DNA of 64,000 nt from Eledone cirrhosa (GCA_964016885.1 OZ024745.1:36704001-36768000), one strand, 5' to 3'; shown: positions 26,520 to 40,060, counted from the first letter of the stretch. A program made the numbers and translations. The notes: generated from the letters alone by a model not told the origin.

Positions 26520-28706
26520 CACTTAGAGTCGGACAATATAGAGGGACAGTGGGAATTTCTGAAAGCAAACCTGCTGTTGGCCACAGACGAAGTCTGTGGC
26601 TGGAGCAGGCCTGTAGGCAGGAGGAGAGTAACATGGTGGTGGAACAGTAAGGTGGAGGAGTCAATTAAGGCCAAAAAGCAGGCTTGGAAAGTATGGCGGG
26701 ATGGGGGAAGTAGAGTAGACTATCAAGTGGCCAGGAGGGAAGCTAGGAGAGAAGTGTACTTAGCAAGAAGGGAAGCTGAGGAAAGAAAGTTCAAGCATGT
26801 CCTACAACGCGATGACCAAAAACGTGAGGTGTTCAGGATTGCTAGGCAATGCGTCAAGGAAAACCGTGATATTGTCGGGGAGAAGTGTGTACTTAACGAT
26901 GATGGCATACTTGCCATCACCGACACTTATAAGAAGGCAGCTTGGAAGTGTCACTATGAAAGGCTACTAAATGAGGAGAATAAATGGGAGAAAGACAGTC
27001 TCCCCCATGTCGACCCAATAGAGGGACCAGCAGTGTTAGTCGAGGGGAGTATAATAAGTAAGGCAATCAAGGATATGAAGACAGGTAAGGCGGCTGGGCC
27101 TTCGGAAATAGTTGCTGAGATGCTGAAGGCATCTGGCACGGTGGGACACACCATGGTCACCCGCATAGTTAACCAAGTCGTACAGAATGGGGTTGTTCCG
27201 AAGGACTGGCATAGCAGCATCATCGTTAACTGTTATAAGGGTAAAGGAGACGCCCTAGATAGGAGTAACTATAGAGGCATTAAATTAATCGACCAGGTCA
27301 TGAAGGTCACAGAAAAAGTAATAGCGCAACTAATCAGAGAGAGAATTGACCTAGATGAAATGCAGTTCGGGTTTGTGTCAGGCAAAAGTACCACAGACGC
27401 TCTTTTCATAGTACGACAACTACAGGAGAAGTACCTAGCTAAAGGTAAACCCCTCTACTTAGCTTTTGTCGACTTGGAGAAAGCCTTCGACAGAGTCCCC
27501 CGCTCCATTATCTGGTGGGCTCTTAGAAAACTAGGCGTTGACGAATGGCTTGTGAGGGCTATACAAGCCATGTATAAAGAAACAGTCAGCAAGGTTAGAA
27601 TTAACAACGAATATAGTGAAGAGTTTAGCGTAAAAGTTGGCGTCCATCAGGGCTCTGTTCTCAGCCCCCTACTATTTATTATTGCCCTTCAGGCTATAAC
27701 AGAGGAGTTCAAGACAGGCTGCCCATGGGAACTCCTATACGCAGACGACCTGACACTCATAGCGGAATCAATGGCCGAGCTAGAGAAGAAATTCCAAACA
27801 TGGAAGCACGGCCTAGAGTCAAAAGGACTTAAAATTAACCTGGCTAAGACCAAAGTTCTAGTTTGTAGGAAAGAAAACAAGGCGGCGGTCCCTTCTGGGA
27901 AATGGTCGTGCTCGGTGTGTAGGAAAGGCGTAGGTAGAAACTCCATTTTGTGTCCTAAATGCAAAGTATGGGTGCATAAAAGATGTAGTGGGATCACAGG
28001 TAAGCTAACTAAGAACATAGATTTTACATGTGGCCGGTGTTCTGGTGCAATAAGTAGCAGCAAGTGCCCACACAATACTAGCTCTTTCAATTGCGCAGAG
28101 GGTTCTATAGAAATAGTGGACAGCTTCCGTTACCTGGGCGATAAAATCAGCAGTGGGGGAGGGTGCTCTGAAAGTACTGTAGCTAGAGTCAGAACTGGTT
28201 GGAAAAAGTTCAGAGAGCTTATACCACTATTAGCTGCTAAAGGGTTCTCCCTAAAAATGAAAGGCAGGTTGTACGATGCCTGCATACGAACAGCAATGTT
28301 GCATGGCAGTGAGACCTGGGCATTGTGTGCAGAGGATATACGCAGACTAGAGAGGAACGAAGCTTGCATGCTCCGCTGGATGTGTAACAGTAATATACGT
28401 GAACGGCAAAGCATAAACGAACTAAGGAAAAAATTAGAGATAAGAGGGATCAGATGTTGTTTACTCGAGAGAAGGCTACGTTGGTATGGACACGTGATGC
28501 GCATGAAAGTCGATAGCTGTATAACAAAGTGCAGGGCAATAAAGATAGACGGTAGCCACGGAATAGGCAGACCTAGAAAAACCTGGGACGAGCTGATAAA
28601 CTCCGACCTCACACACTTACACCTCTCCAAGACAATGTCACTGGACCGAGACCTTTGGCGGTACTCAGTAACAGAGAAGACCCGCCTTGCCAGTAGGCAT
28701 CTCTAA
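26520..28706 (+). CDS. RTE reverse transcriptase ORF (5'-truncated, no endonuclease) with an embedded PHD-type zinc finger
   Basis: KGKGDALDRSNYRGIKL, QFGF, AFVDLEKAFDRV, GVHQGSVLSPLLF, LLYADD, CSVC..C..C..WVHKRC..C..C, FRYLGD, LRWYGHVMR, GRPRKTW. No stops over ~730 codons. The ORF-track start lies in a microsatellite and is artefactual. Confidence 0.92.
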   Translation, partial: HLESDNIEGQWEFLKANLLLATDEVCGWSRPVGRRRVTWWWNSKVEESIKAKKQAWKVWRDGGSRVDYQVARREARREVYLARREAEERKFKHVLQRDDQKREVFRIARQCVKENRDIVGEKCVLNDDGILAITDTYKKAAWKCHYERLLNEENKWEKDSLPHVDPIEGPAVLVEGSIISKAIKDMKTGKAAGPSEIVAEMLKASGTVGHTMVTRIVNQVVQNGVVPKDWHSSIIVNCYKGKGDALDRSNYRGIKLIDQVMKVTEKVIAQLIRERIDLDEMQFGFVSGKSTTDALFIVRQLQEKYLAKGKPLYLAFVDLEKAFDRVPRSIIWWALRKLGVDEWLVRAIQAMYKETVSKVRINNEYSEEFSVKVGVHQGSVLSPLLFIIALQAITEEFKTGCPWELLYADDLTLIAESMAELEKKFQTWKHGLESKGLKINLAKTKVLVCRKENKAAVPSGKWSCSVCRKGVGRNSILCPKCKVWVHKRCSGITGKLTKNIDFTCGRCSGAISSSKCPHNTSSFNCAEGSIEIVDSFRYLGDKISSGGGCSESTVARVRTGWKKFRELIPLLAAKGFSLKMKGRLYDACIRTAMLHGSETWALCAEDIRRLERNEACMLRWMCNSNIRERQSINELRKKLEIRGIRCCLLERRLRWYGHVMRMKVDSCITKCRAIKIDGSHGIGRPRKTWDELINSDLTHLHLSKTMSLDRDLWRYSVTEKTRLASRHL

Positions 28707-29060
28707 CAAAATACACCCCGTCCCACCACCACCACCCCCACCCCATCCACACCACCCCGTCCTATGTAAAGTTATGTTGGTGCCGCGCCATCCGGGCCGA
28801 AACAAATGAGATCGTGTCGGTGTCACGACAAAAAAAACACACAGTCCACGCTGTAATGTGGCCGTGTAGGCAACACGGTAAAAACCTCCCAGACCCACAC
28901 TGTAAATGTGGTTGGTGTTAGGAAGGGCATCCAACTGTAGAAAACCTGCCAGACAGTCCTATGCGAGCAAGACAATCACTCTTGCCTCAAGTGGGACTAC
29001 CCCCGTCCAAACCCATGCAAGCGTGGAACACGGACGTTAAACGTTGATGATGATGATGAT
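26521..29060 (+). mobile_element. Young 5'-truncated RTE-clade LINE with (GAT)n tail
   Basis: Open RT ORF plus 3' UTR ending CCCATGCAAGCGTGGAACACGGACGTTAAACGTTGATGATGATG. Flanked by (TA)/(TG)n on both sides. Confidence 0.93.
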
Positions 29061-29067
29061 ATGTCTG

Positions 29068-29102
<35 letters not shown>

Positions 29103-29129
29103 ATATATATATATATATGTATATATATA

Positions 29130-29280
<151 letters not shown>

Positions 29281-29329
29281 ATATATATATATATGTGTGT
29301 GTGTATATATATATACATATATGTGTGTA

Positions 29330-29711
<382 letters not shown>

Positions 29712-29720
29712 CATATATAT

Positions 29721-30224
29721 AAACAAGGTTTAGCAAATAATGAAAAAGTTTCAAAATAAATTTTAAAAAATTGACTTTACCTACTATAGTTACCTTTACC
29801 GATCGGTTTCGAATCCCAAAAATAAACGGAGGCCATACGGCCTTCGTTGCAAAGAAAGATTCTCGTCAGAAGGTTCTTTTCATTCGAAGAATATAAAATT
29901 CTTGAATTTAAATTACGAACTAGCGCTATCCAAAACTGTTCCCGAGATGAGAGTGAATGAAGTGGAATCAATTTTTTCAAGGGCCGAAGTAAAGATAGAG
30001 GCAGAGGGAGGTAGGTCAACCGGCCGCAACTATCACTAGCAGCAGTCGGAACGACCAAATTTGCTTCTCAACAATAGAGGAGAATAGTAATAATAGGATA
30101 TGTGTTCCTTCATGCACAAGGCGCTAAGGGACGCATGTATTGTCCAACCAAATGCCAATGTGGTCCAATGGCAGGTTAATAAATTAACGAGCCAGAACAT
30201 ATATAAACAAGGTTTAGCAAATAA
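29721..30224 (-). mobile_element. 484-bp hammerhead-bearing monomer with ~20-bp terminal redundancy (solo Penelope pLTR or retrozyme-like)
   Basis: AAACAAGGTTTAGCAAATAA at 29721 and 30205. Intact hammerhead inside. REQFWI..NLN motif weakly resembles a GIY-YIG C-terminus. Embedded in (TA)n. Confidence 0.7.
29792..29874 (-). ncRNA. Type I hammerhead ribozyme (intact, extended stem II)
   Basis: Minus strand: ACCTT-CTGACGA-GAATCTT...AACG.AGGCC-gtat-GGCCT.CGTT...GGGATTC-GAAA-CCGATCGG-TA-AAGGT. All core nucleotides and stems present; palindromic stem III ACCGATCGGT. Confidence 0.9.
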
Positions 30225-30282
30225 ATATATACTTAAATATATATATATATATAAATATATATAAATATATATATATATATAA

Positions 30283-30333
<51 letters not shown>

Positions 30334-30380
30334 AATATATATATAAATATATATATATATATAAATATATATATAAATAT

Positions 30381-30447
<67 letters not shown>

Positions 30448-30484
30448 AATATATATATATATAAAAATATATATATATATAAAT

Positions 30485-30732
<248 letters not shown>

Positions 30733-30750
30733 AATATATATTATATATAT

Positions 30751-30784
<34 letters not shown>

Positions 30785-30793
30785 TATATATTA

Positions 30794-30835
<42 letters not shown>

Positions 30836-30883
30836 TTATATTTATATATATATATAATATATATATATATAAATATATATTAT

Positions 30884-30955
<72 letters not shown>

Positions 30956-30995
30956 TATATAAATATATAAATATATATATATATATAAATATATA

Positions 30996-31113
<118 letters not shown>

Positions 31114-31187
31114 AATAATTTTGTTTATCGTGAACTCGTGCGCTGATTTTTCGATACTCGATTATTCTACTATATAAATATATATAT

Positions 31188-31288
<101 letters not shown>

Positions 31289-31402
31289 AATATATATATA
31301 AATATATATATAAATATATATATAATATATATATATATAAATATATATATAAATATATATATAAATATATATAAATATATATATTAATAAATATATATAT
31401 AA

Positions 31403-31549
<147 letters not shown>

Positions 31550-31561
31550 AATATAAATATA

Positions 31562-31619
<58 letters not shown>

Positions 31620-32002
31620 CACACACACACATATTTTTTGTGACTATAAAAAGACAAACTATCTCTCATAACTTCACAAAATGAATTATTGTATCCAATT
31701 CTGAATGATTAGGCGATCTGACTATTATGAATTACATAAAGGAAATAAAATTCATAGAATCAAATAAACTCTTATAAAATTAAACTAAATATGAAGTTAT
31801 TACCCACTGATAATGTTTTATGTTCACACCAGGTGGCGTCTTAATAATTTGAAGTCATAGATTGACACTGTTGCATTATTAAAAAACAATTTATCTATTT
31901 ATTAAACTGTTGGTATAGATTTAGTTATAATTCATCATCTACTTATCAACCTTTTATGTATGTTTTATATAGAGAACATTAAATTTAACCTATCTTATTG
32001 AC

Positions 32003-32190
32003 AGGTGGATTGGCAGTATCGGTAGAGGGTCGGACGCTATGCTTTGACGCATAGAGTTACAGCCCTTGCCATTCTGAGTTCAAATGCTGCAGAGGTTAAC
32101 TTTGCCTTTCAGCCTTACGGGGTCGATAAAATAAAGTACCAGTAATGCCCTGGGTAATTGCTGGCCTTGTGCCAAAAGTAGAAACAATTA
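32003..32190 (+). mobile_element. tRNA-derived SINE
   Basis: Same family as 9089. Confidence 0.88.
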
Positions 32191-33034
32191 TATATATTTG
32201 TTATTTTGTTTTGTTGTTTGTTTTACTTGTTAAACAAAAGAACAAAGAACTATAAAACCCAAATTTCTTCAAAATAGAGAGAAAATAAATTTTAGGTGAC
32301 TATATCCCAGTTATCAAACTCCATTTTGCTTCTTTCTCCTTCACTTAAACTCGTCTTTCAATGTTTTGATCAAAGGTTTAAAAACAAAAAAGAAATGGAA
32401 AGAAACTTTATAAGAATTCTTTAAATAATTTTTTATCTACCTCTTTCTTCTTCCTCTTTCTCTTCAACATTTATCTCAAAAAAAAAAAGAAAAGAAAAGG
32501 ACTTCATAAAAATTCTGTAAATAATTTTTTTATTTAGTAAATTCTGATAAGTCTGTTCAGAAGTTTGATTGTAAAACCAAACATTTATATCAGGTTAGGT
32601 TTGAAAATATGTCTTAAATATAAAGGAATTGTTTTACTTATTTAGTCACTGAGAGAGCAGCAACAAACTTAAATCAACAACAAACTTAAATTACCCAGAA
32701 AATACAATTTCCCAATAAAATAAAATTAAAATTAAATACAACATACTATACGGATAAGAGTATGATTGACATCGAGCCACAATCAACCTCAATATCTCAT
32801 TTCTATTGACTTGTGGCAACCAGATAAATTAGTACTATATGAATATATATATGTGTATGTTACATCAAATTAAAATAAGTCATTACAGATGGGAATATTG
32901 TGCTCTATACATTTTATAAACTAGTACAGTACAGATTTAAACATATGGTCATTAGTAACGAATCATTTTAATCAGAAGTGGAGTCGATAATCAGTCTTTC
33001 ATATGTACATGTGTGTGTGTAATTTATAAATATA

Positions 33035-33068
<34 letters not shown>

Positions 33069-33724
33069 GTGTGTGTGTGTGTGTGTGTGTATGTGTGTCT
33101 GTGTGTACATACATATGTATATACATATGTACATACATACGTATATATTATGCATATTGGTTTCCAATTATCCAGATTCTAGTGACATTTATGTCTATTT
33201 AGCTAATTAATTTATATTTATAACTACATAAACTTCTCTCTCATGTGTTACAATAGATAATAATACAATCTTCATGTATATCAATATACTTTAAAATCTA
33301 ATACTGAATGTTAACATCAAAGTTATAATATCAAGTAGACTTTGAGTCTTGGCAACTGGAAACTACTGGTGTCAGAACCTCTTTCAACAACATTTACAAA
33401 GAAGGTCAATGGATGGCTTTTTGTAAACGCTATAAGAAATGACACAAAGCTGAAACAATGCCACATGCTGCTTACTGACATTCAATGTTTTTGTCTGACT
33501 TGGTCATATGTATGTCTATATATCAATGTGTTATATAGATTCTAAGGTTTAGAGCAGAGGTGAGGAACCTTTCTTATGCTGAAAGACCACACTGATATTA
33601 ACTGATATCCAATAAGGCCACATTTTGAAAATGTATTGTTTCAATAAATCTCAGTAATTTTACAAAATAATTACAAATGGAAATATGAAAATACACACGG
33701 GTCATAATCAGTTGAAAAGATAGA

Positions 33725-33975
33725 CTTCTTCTTCACCCACTTATTCCTGAGAGGGTTATCGGCGCAGAGTTCTCAAACACTCCATCCAGTGGGTCCTGTC
33801 AGAAGCAACCATCTCCAGCTGATCTGGCTGGATCCCTAAGCGTGACCGGCCAAGCGGATGGATGTTATCCAACTATCTTGCTCGGGGTCTACCCCTGGAT
33901 CTCTTGCCGGTTGGTTTTGCCCATAAAATCTGTCCAGTGATTCTTTCCTGAGACATTCTAACCACATGCCCATAG
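33725..33975 (-). mobile_element. RTE 3' end fragment
   Basis: Homologous to 5600-5860 (CCCACTTATT..., ACTCCATC..., GTTGGTT.TTGCCC.TAAAATCT). Confidence 0.75.
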
Positions 33976-34392
33976 ACGCTATATAAAATGATTTCAGCAA
34001 AAATATATGAAATGGCGAAATCAATCAACAAGATCCCAGACCTCATTGGCTTATTGAGTGGAGTGCAACTTGCCAGACAGGATTAAGGAAACAATGTTTC
34101 CATTGGTCTTTCAATTGCTGATACTATCTACTGGTCACAACTCCTGGCAGAAGGGGCAATATGAAATAAAATGTCTTGTTCAGGGACATAAAATATACTT
34201 CAATATGAAAGTTTTGGGGTTCCTTTCAGATGACAGGTGGATTTAAAGCTGTAGATTCCCTTTCTTGTCTAGAATTTAAGCTACCCATGGCAGAGCAGAA
34301 CTATGATTAAAAGCCTTCTGTCTATGACCTCTCCATGAGTATTTTTCTATTTTATGATTTGTTCTTCATTTATTATTTAGATATATGTATAA

Positions 34393-34584
34393 AGGGCGGT
34401 GGATTGGCAGTATCAGTAGAGGGTCGGACGCCATGCTTTCCAGCATAGTTACGTCCCTTTACGATCTGAGTTCAAATCCCGCCGAGGTTGACTTTGCCTT
34501 TCATCCTTACGGGGTCGATAAAATAAAGTACCAGTAATGCACTGGGTAATTGCTGGCCTTGTGCCTAAAGTAGAGACAATTATT
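34393..34584 (+). mobile_element. tRNA-derived SINE (near-consensus copy)
   Basis: GGGCGGTGGATTGGCAGTATCAGTAGAGGGTCGG...GAGTTCAAATCCCGCCGAGG...GCTGGCCTTGTGCC. Confidence 0.9.
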
Positions 34585-35270
34585 TAGATATATGTTAGGA
34601 TTTGATTTGAGAAAGATGTAATTCTGCTACATTATGTAAAAACCCAGTGAGAATGCTTTATGATATTCATTCCAGCTTTTTATATTCTGAGTTCAAATTC
34701 TATCGAGGTCAACTTTATCTTTCATTTTATTGGAGTCTAGAAATAAAGTACCAATTCTGTACGAGAGTAGGGTTGATTAACACTCTCCCTGAGAGAAATC
34801 AGCTGGGCTCTAAGAACTTCAAATGTCCAAGATGTTATGATGGCATCTTTATGACTTCATCAGAGGTTCGGGGCCTATGGATACTAGATTTAGGGATAAA
34901 GAATGAAAACAATATTAAAGAAAATGTAGCAGTTATGAGTACTATCAGGTAATTGCAATGATTTAGGGAAATTATATAATTATGTTAGGATAAGGATTAC
35001 CCTTTTGATACCAAACACTTGAAACCACCTTGCTTCTACGTTACTAAGCTCTGTATTTTAAAGTACTTTATTTATTAAAAAACCGTCCATCATAATTTTA
35101 AGTTAGAGATGTTATTAATTTGTGTTCCAAATACCAGCTTCATAATAAAAAAGTTTATTTCACTAAACCCCACCCACCACAAAAATTCTTAATTATTTTC
35201 AAAATGATTTGAAATACAATAACAAAAGTGTTATGATGAACTTATACAGTGCGATAAAGAACTAAAACTA

Positions 35271-35461
35271 CCATGCATACTTGAATATAAGCCAATTCGA
35301 ATATAAGCCAAACCTCCTATTGTATGTCTGAGAAAGAGTCTAAAATTCAAACACTCTTTATAAACTGAGGCAGCAAATCAACACATTGTTTAGATGGCAT
35401 ATATAAGCCAACTTCGACTTTTTGGTCACCTATTCCTCAGCTTATATTTAAGTATATGTAG
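35271..35461. mobile_element. pogo/Tc2-type MITE
   Basis: TA|CCATGCATACTTGAATATAAGC ... GCTTATATTTAAGTATATGTAG|TA degenerate TIRs, with internal ATATAAGCCAA subterminal repeats. Confidence 0.6.
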
Positions 35462-35870
35462 TATATATAGAATTATATTAGTCACTAAAAGTAAGCTGTT
35501 TCATATTTTTCTTTTGTTAGATTTATCGTTATAATTTACTACTGTCAAATATATTGTTTTGTGAAATATAAATTTAAAAGATGGCACAAAGTGATGCTTT
35601 TAAGTAACAGATTAAGTACAAACAATCAACAATCCATATTTATTTATTTATCAAATATCAAATTTGGGATGGTTAATTCTTTTGATACCAAACCATCACA
35701 AATTTATGTAAGAACACTTGTTAAGTCATGTTTCAAACACTGACTTAATCATGAAAAAAATATTCATAATACCAAATCACCCAAAATTCTTGATATTTTC
35801 AAACATATTTGAAGTTCAGAGTCTTTTATTTAAAATATAGTAATAAGGGGTTAAATAATGAATATAAATT

Positions 35871-36539
35871 TCATTTGCCTATTATAGATGCCCAGTCAAA
35901 TTTGTCAACAACAGTAACCCCTGCTTTTTGCATATCTAACACAGCTCTGTCAACTGGTGACTCCAAAGGTTCACCTAGAGTCTCACATCGCCCACAAAAG
36001 AAATCTGAATAACCATTAAGATATTTGTCCATGCATAGAGAACAACGTGCTACATAATTTTGGTTACGTGCAGCACATAAGTTTAAATCGACAACAAAGT
36101 TTGGAGCACCATTTATATTTTTATAATGTTTAACAAGATGGCTGGAAGAGTTTCGAATACAGCTTGTTGTTACACATCCTCCAATGACAACTGTTGATAT
36201 TTGACGACTCATTAGCATATTTATCCAATCCTTGATGCCATCAGCTTTCATAATATTTGTGTCTGATTTAATTATACATTTATATTTTCGCTCAGTAATG
36301 ATTGTATCAATGCCTTCATAGAATTTAAAATCAGACTCCCTACCAAACGGTACTCTGGTGAATAATATTGGTACTTCTGGTGGCAGATCTTTTAAATGGG
36401 ATAAGCAGTTATTGAACGCTAACCTAATCTTGGTAATGTCTTGTTCACCAAAATAGCTCATCCATCTTCCAGTAATAAATGAATTCTGTAGATCAATAAG
36501 GATGAGTGCTATATTCTTTAAAGACATTGACTGATTCAT
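35871..36539 (-). CDS. Isochorismatase/cysteine-hydrolase-family protein (222 aa), single coding exon
   Basis: ALILIDLQNSF (catalytic Asp), IIKSDTN (Lys), TVVIGGCVTTSCI (Cys), C-terminal AVLDMQKAGVTV helix. A splice acceptor TTTTATTTGCAG| ends at 36547, 7 nt upstream of the ATG at 36539. Poly(A)-like AATAAA downstream on the minus strand. Confidence 0.85.
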   Translation of the reverse strand: MNQSMSLKNIALILIDLQNSFITGRWMSYFGEQDITKIRLAFNNCLSHLKDLPPEVPILFTRVPFGRESDFKFYEGIDTIITERKYKCIIKSDTNIMKADGIKDWINMLMSRQISTVVIGGCVTTSCIRNSSSHLVKHYKNINGAPNFVVDLNLCAARNQNYVARCSLCMDKYLNGYSDFFCGRCETLGEPLESPVDRAVLDMQKAGVTVVDKFDWASIIGK

Positions 36540-37419
36540 GTAGACTCTGCAAATAAAACAACATAACAAATTCACTTCAATAATTGCAAAAGACGACAAC
36601 AATAACAAAAATTTACACATATTGAAACATTACTTTACAGAAATTATCATGAAGGGGTGGAGGAGGGGTAAATAAAAAGAGAAAAAAGAATAAACTAAAG
36701 GTCAAAATGGTCTAAATATCAAAGTTAGAGATAGGGTGTAGATGATTGTTTATTTAGATAGTGATGTGAAAGAAAATAAAAGTTGGACATTTTAAGAAAA
36801 TTTGAAAAATGTTTCTTTTGTACTTGTTCTTTTGTGTTGTTTCTGTTTTTAAAGAAAATAATTTGTCTCATGAGGGGGGGAGAGCTGTTGGTTCTCTGAC
36901 ACCACCAGACTTGAAGATTTTCCATAGATGAATGTGGTTAATAAAATTAATGGGTGTAGTAGATAGGAAGCAATAAATTGTCAATAAAATCTACTCAACT
37001 GAAATTTCTTTCCAGTTTTATCCATCACTCAAAATAGTGTATATTTCTGTATAATTTCTTATTTAATTAAGATGAATAGCTTTTTAATGCATCTGTCATT
37101 CTTGTGATGACTTTAGTTATTCGTGCAGTGTGTCAACTTTTAATTACATTAATATCCACAATCAACAACTCTAATTGCACTGAAAACTATTAATGAGAAC
37201 CCTCCACAGATCTATAAATATCTTTAGTGGTATATACTGGTTTATTCACTCAGTAGGCATTGGCAGAAGTACACAAATTTGCATTACAGGCATTACTATT
37301 TTACTAACAAATGTAAAGTGCGATCCCCCACCTACCCTGTAGAATTTGAATTCAAAATGCAAAGGGACATTGCTAAATCTTAGAACTCTACTAATTCTAC
37401 CAACCACTGCCCTCCTTCT

Positions 37420-37610
37420 AATTACAATAATGGTTTCTAATTTAGGCACAAGGCCAACAATTTTGGGGGAGGGGAAAGTTGATTAAATTGACCCCAGTGC
37501 ATAATTGGTGCTATATTTTATCAAACTCTGTAAGGATGAAAGGCAAAGACAACTTTGGTGGGGTTTGAACTCAGAATGTAAAGAGTCGTAACTATGCCGC
37601 AAAGCATGTT
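37420..37610 (-). mobile_element. tRNA-derived SINE (older subfamily, CpG-decayed)
   Basis: GGCACAAGGCCAACAATT...GTAAGGATGAAAGGCAAAG...GGTTTGAACTCAGAATGTAAA. Confidence 0.75.
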
Positions 37611-38533
37611 TATAATAATGATATGATAGCATACCAATGAAAGTGAAATCTTGAGGTTATGCAGCAGAGTTTCCATATAATGTACAACCAATATGCAAAC
37701 AAGTTTTGGGGAATCATGATTGCACAATCAATAGAGATCTTGGGAGGACTGCTGCATTTATGAATGAAATAAACTAGCATAAAAGATAGCACAAACAGCC
37801 AAATATGATTGCTACTGTTGAATACTGTTACTGCAGTATTTTATTTTAGCTCCAGGTTATTTTAGATCAAGCCAACCTATGATTAAAGTCACTACAGCCA
37901 TGACCATTATTATTTTTTTTTTTTGTAGACTTTAGAGACTAGGGTGGGTAAGATATGAAAGCCATTTTACCACTATTTCTAGCAGTCTCTGTGAATATAT
38001 AAAAGGTTTCCTTGTTGGCTCATACTGAGCTGTTTAATAAACTTGAATGGCAAAAATGTATTAGATTGATGTTCAGATTAAAATAAGAACCAAATATTCT
38101 TAAGAGCAGCAGCACAAGTACACCCAGACAGTGTCATGAGATAATATCACATTTAGAAAGATGTATAGTATTTGCTGTATAATACTGTTCTATGGAAGAG
38201 AAGATAGAAAATAAACATCTGTAATGGGAAATGACAATCATACAACAGAAGAACTAGCTGCAGGAATCAGTATGAACAAATAGCAACCAATATGAACCAG
38301 TAATAGAAACCAATAGGAATTAACAGTGACAAGCTAAAAGAATAAGCCATTATGGTAGCTTCTGTGCAATTATTAAAGCTGTTAGAAATAACAGCCAAAT
38401 CTCCCTTAATTTACACGCTAACATGTTTTATTTATAATTGAAGAATGCAATAGTGCATGTAATCATTAACACATTCTCTCTGCATAAGAGATAGCACAGT
38501 CATGGCTGAATGTCTTTAATCATAGAACTATTG

Positions 38534-38698
38534 TAGGCATGGGCAACCTTTTTTGAGCAGTGGGCTGCATAGGATGTGGCTTATCATAAGGCAGGCCACA
38601 CTACTAAAAAATTCATGGCAATTTTGAAATTAGGCGTGCCTTTCAGAAAGCCAAATGGGTTTGCATGTGGCTCGCAGGCTGTAGTTTGCTCATGACTG
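38534..38698. mobile_element. hAT-family MITE with 8-bp TSD
   Basis: TAGGCATGGGCAA ... TTGCTCATGACTG ends, flanked by the direct repeat AACTATTG (38526-38533 and 38699-38706). Confidence 0.85.
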
Positions 38699-39699
38699 AA
38701 CTATTGGTTCAATGCTCACCCAAATTTGAACAAAAACTGGTTGAGATCAAACTCTGGTGAAAGCAACTATAGTGAAGGGGGATGATGAGAAGAAATCTCA
38801 CAGAACATTCAAATATAAAACCATAAGAGTGGACTATAGAACAATAATGAAGGAAAGTTGTTGGGAATAAAGGCCAGTACAATACAGTGATCAATGAAGA
38901 AATCAATAAGCATTACTATTGTATTTCCCATTTGCATAATCTAAAGATCTTATAACCAAAATGTTGTCTAATTTTGATAATTGGTGTTGTAGGTTCTGAC
39001 TGACACATTCCGGAAGGTTTTTGTCTATTTTTAATTTAGGTCAAATTAATTGATTTGTTGTCCATTTTAATTTAGACCCAAACTAAGAATGAATGAAAAC
39101 CTCCAGGAAAGTGTCACTCAGTTTCTACAATAGCAATTGTCAAAAGAAAATGATATCAAAGCTATAACATATTTAGATTATGCAAATGCAAAAAAGCTGT
39201 AACAATGACAACAAATATAGATTTGGAAATGAAAAACTGTCAGCAGAAAAGCCATAATAGATGAGAAGATAAATTAAGAAACCTAATATAGAAAACAGTG
39301 CCCCAGTATAGCCATAGTCTAATGACTAAGATCTGTAAAAGAAACCTGATATAGACCTTAAAGAAAGTGATTGTCTGGACAAACATGAAAATATATATCA
39401 CACTGTAAGAATAAAGGAGTAGGAAGTTATAATGAAATGGATTTAACCCTTTCATATGAAATACACTGTCTGTGGTTTCAAATAATTTTGAAAATTATAA
39501 ATAACTTGGAAATATTTAGTAAAATAACTAATTTTCTCATTATAAAGGTTTTTACATAAAATTATGACTGAAAGTATTTTAGATGAATATAAAAACTTTA
39601 AGATAAACAGTATCTTTTACTGTAGAATCAAGGTCAGTTTCAAGCAGTTTAACATCTAATGTGTTATGAGTAGCTACAGATTGTAAACAACAACAACAA

Positions 39700-40060
39700 A
39701 CACCATCGTTTTTTCATCCATTTTTCCACGCTTCCATGGGTAGGACAGGTCATTCTCGGCACAGTATTTCTCCACTCACCGCGTTTCTTCATCATCTCCT
39801 CCATGCTTCTCAGTGATTTGAGGTCAGCTCTCACCACCCCTACTCAGATCTTTCTTGGCCTACCTCTACTGCAGCTTCCTTCCACTGGCATTTCCTGCAT
39901 ACAAAGTCTTCCTTTCCTGCTAGTCTACCTGTTATCATACTACATCTCTTGTGTACCCATGATTTACATTGAGTACATTGTATGAGGTTTATGCCTTCAC
40001 ATTTTCTACAAATTGAGCAGGGCCACTGCCCTGAATGAATCACTCCTCCACTCATTCATT
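39700..40060 (-). mobile_element. RTE fragment (PHD-finger region plus 3' end)
   Basis: WPCSICRKCEGINLIQCTQCKSWVHKRCSMITGRL is homologous to the 26.5-kb element. The shared 3' end CCCATGGAAGCGTGGAAAA is present. Confidence 0.8.

Noticed and set aside
36540-36620. Hydrophobic signal-peptide-like N-terminal extension of the hydrolase ORF
   Set aside because: It matches a T-rich polypyrimidine tract ending in a TTGCAG acceptor, so it is probably intronic.
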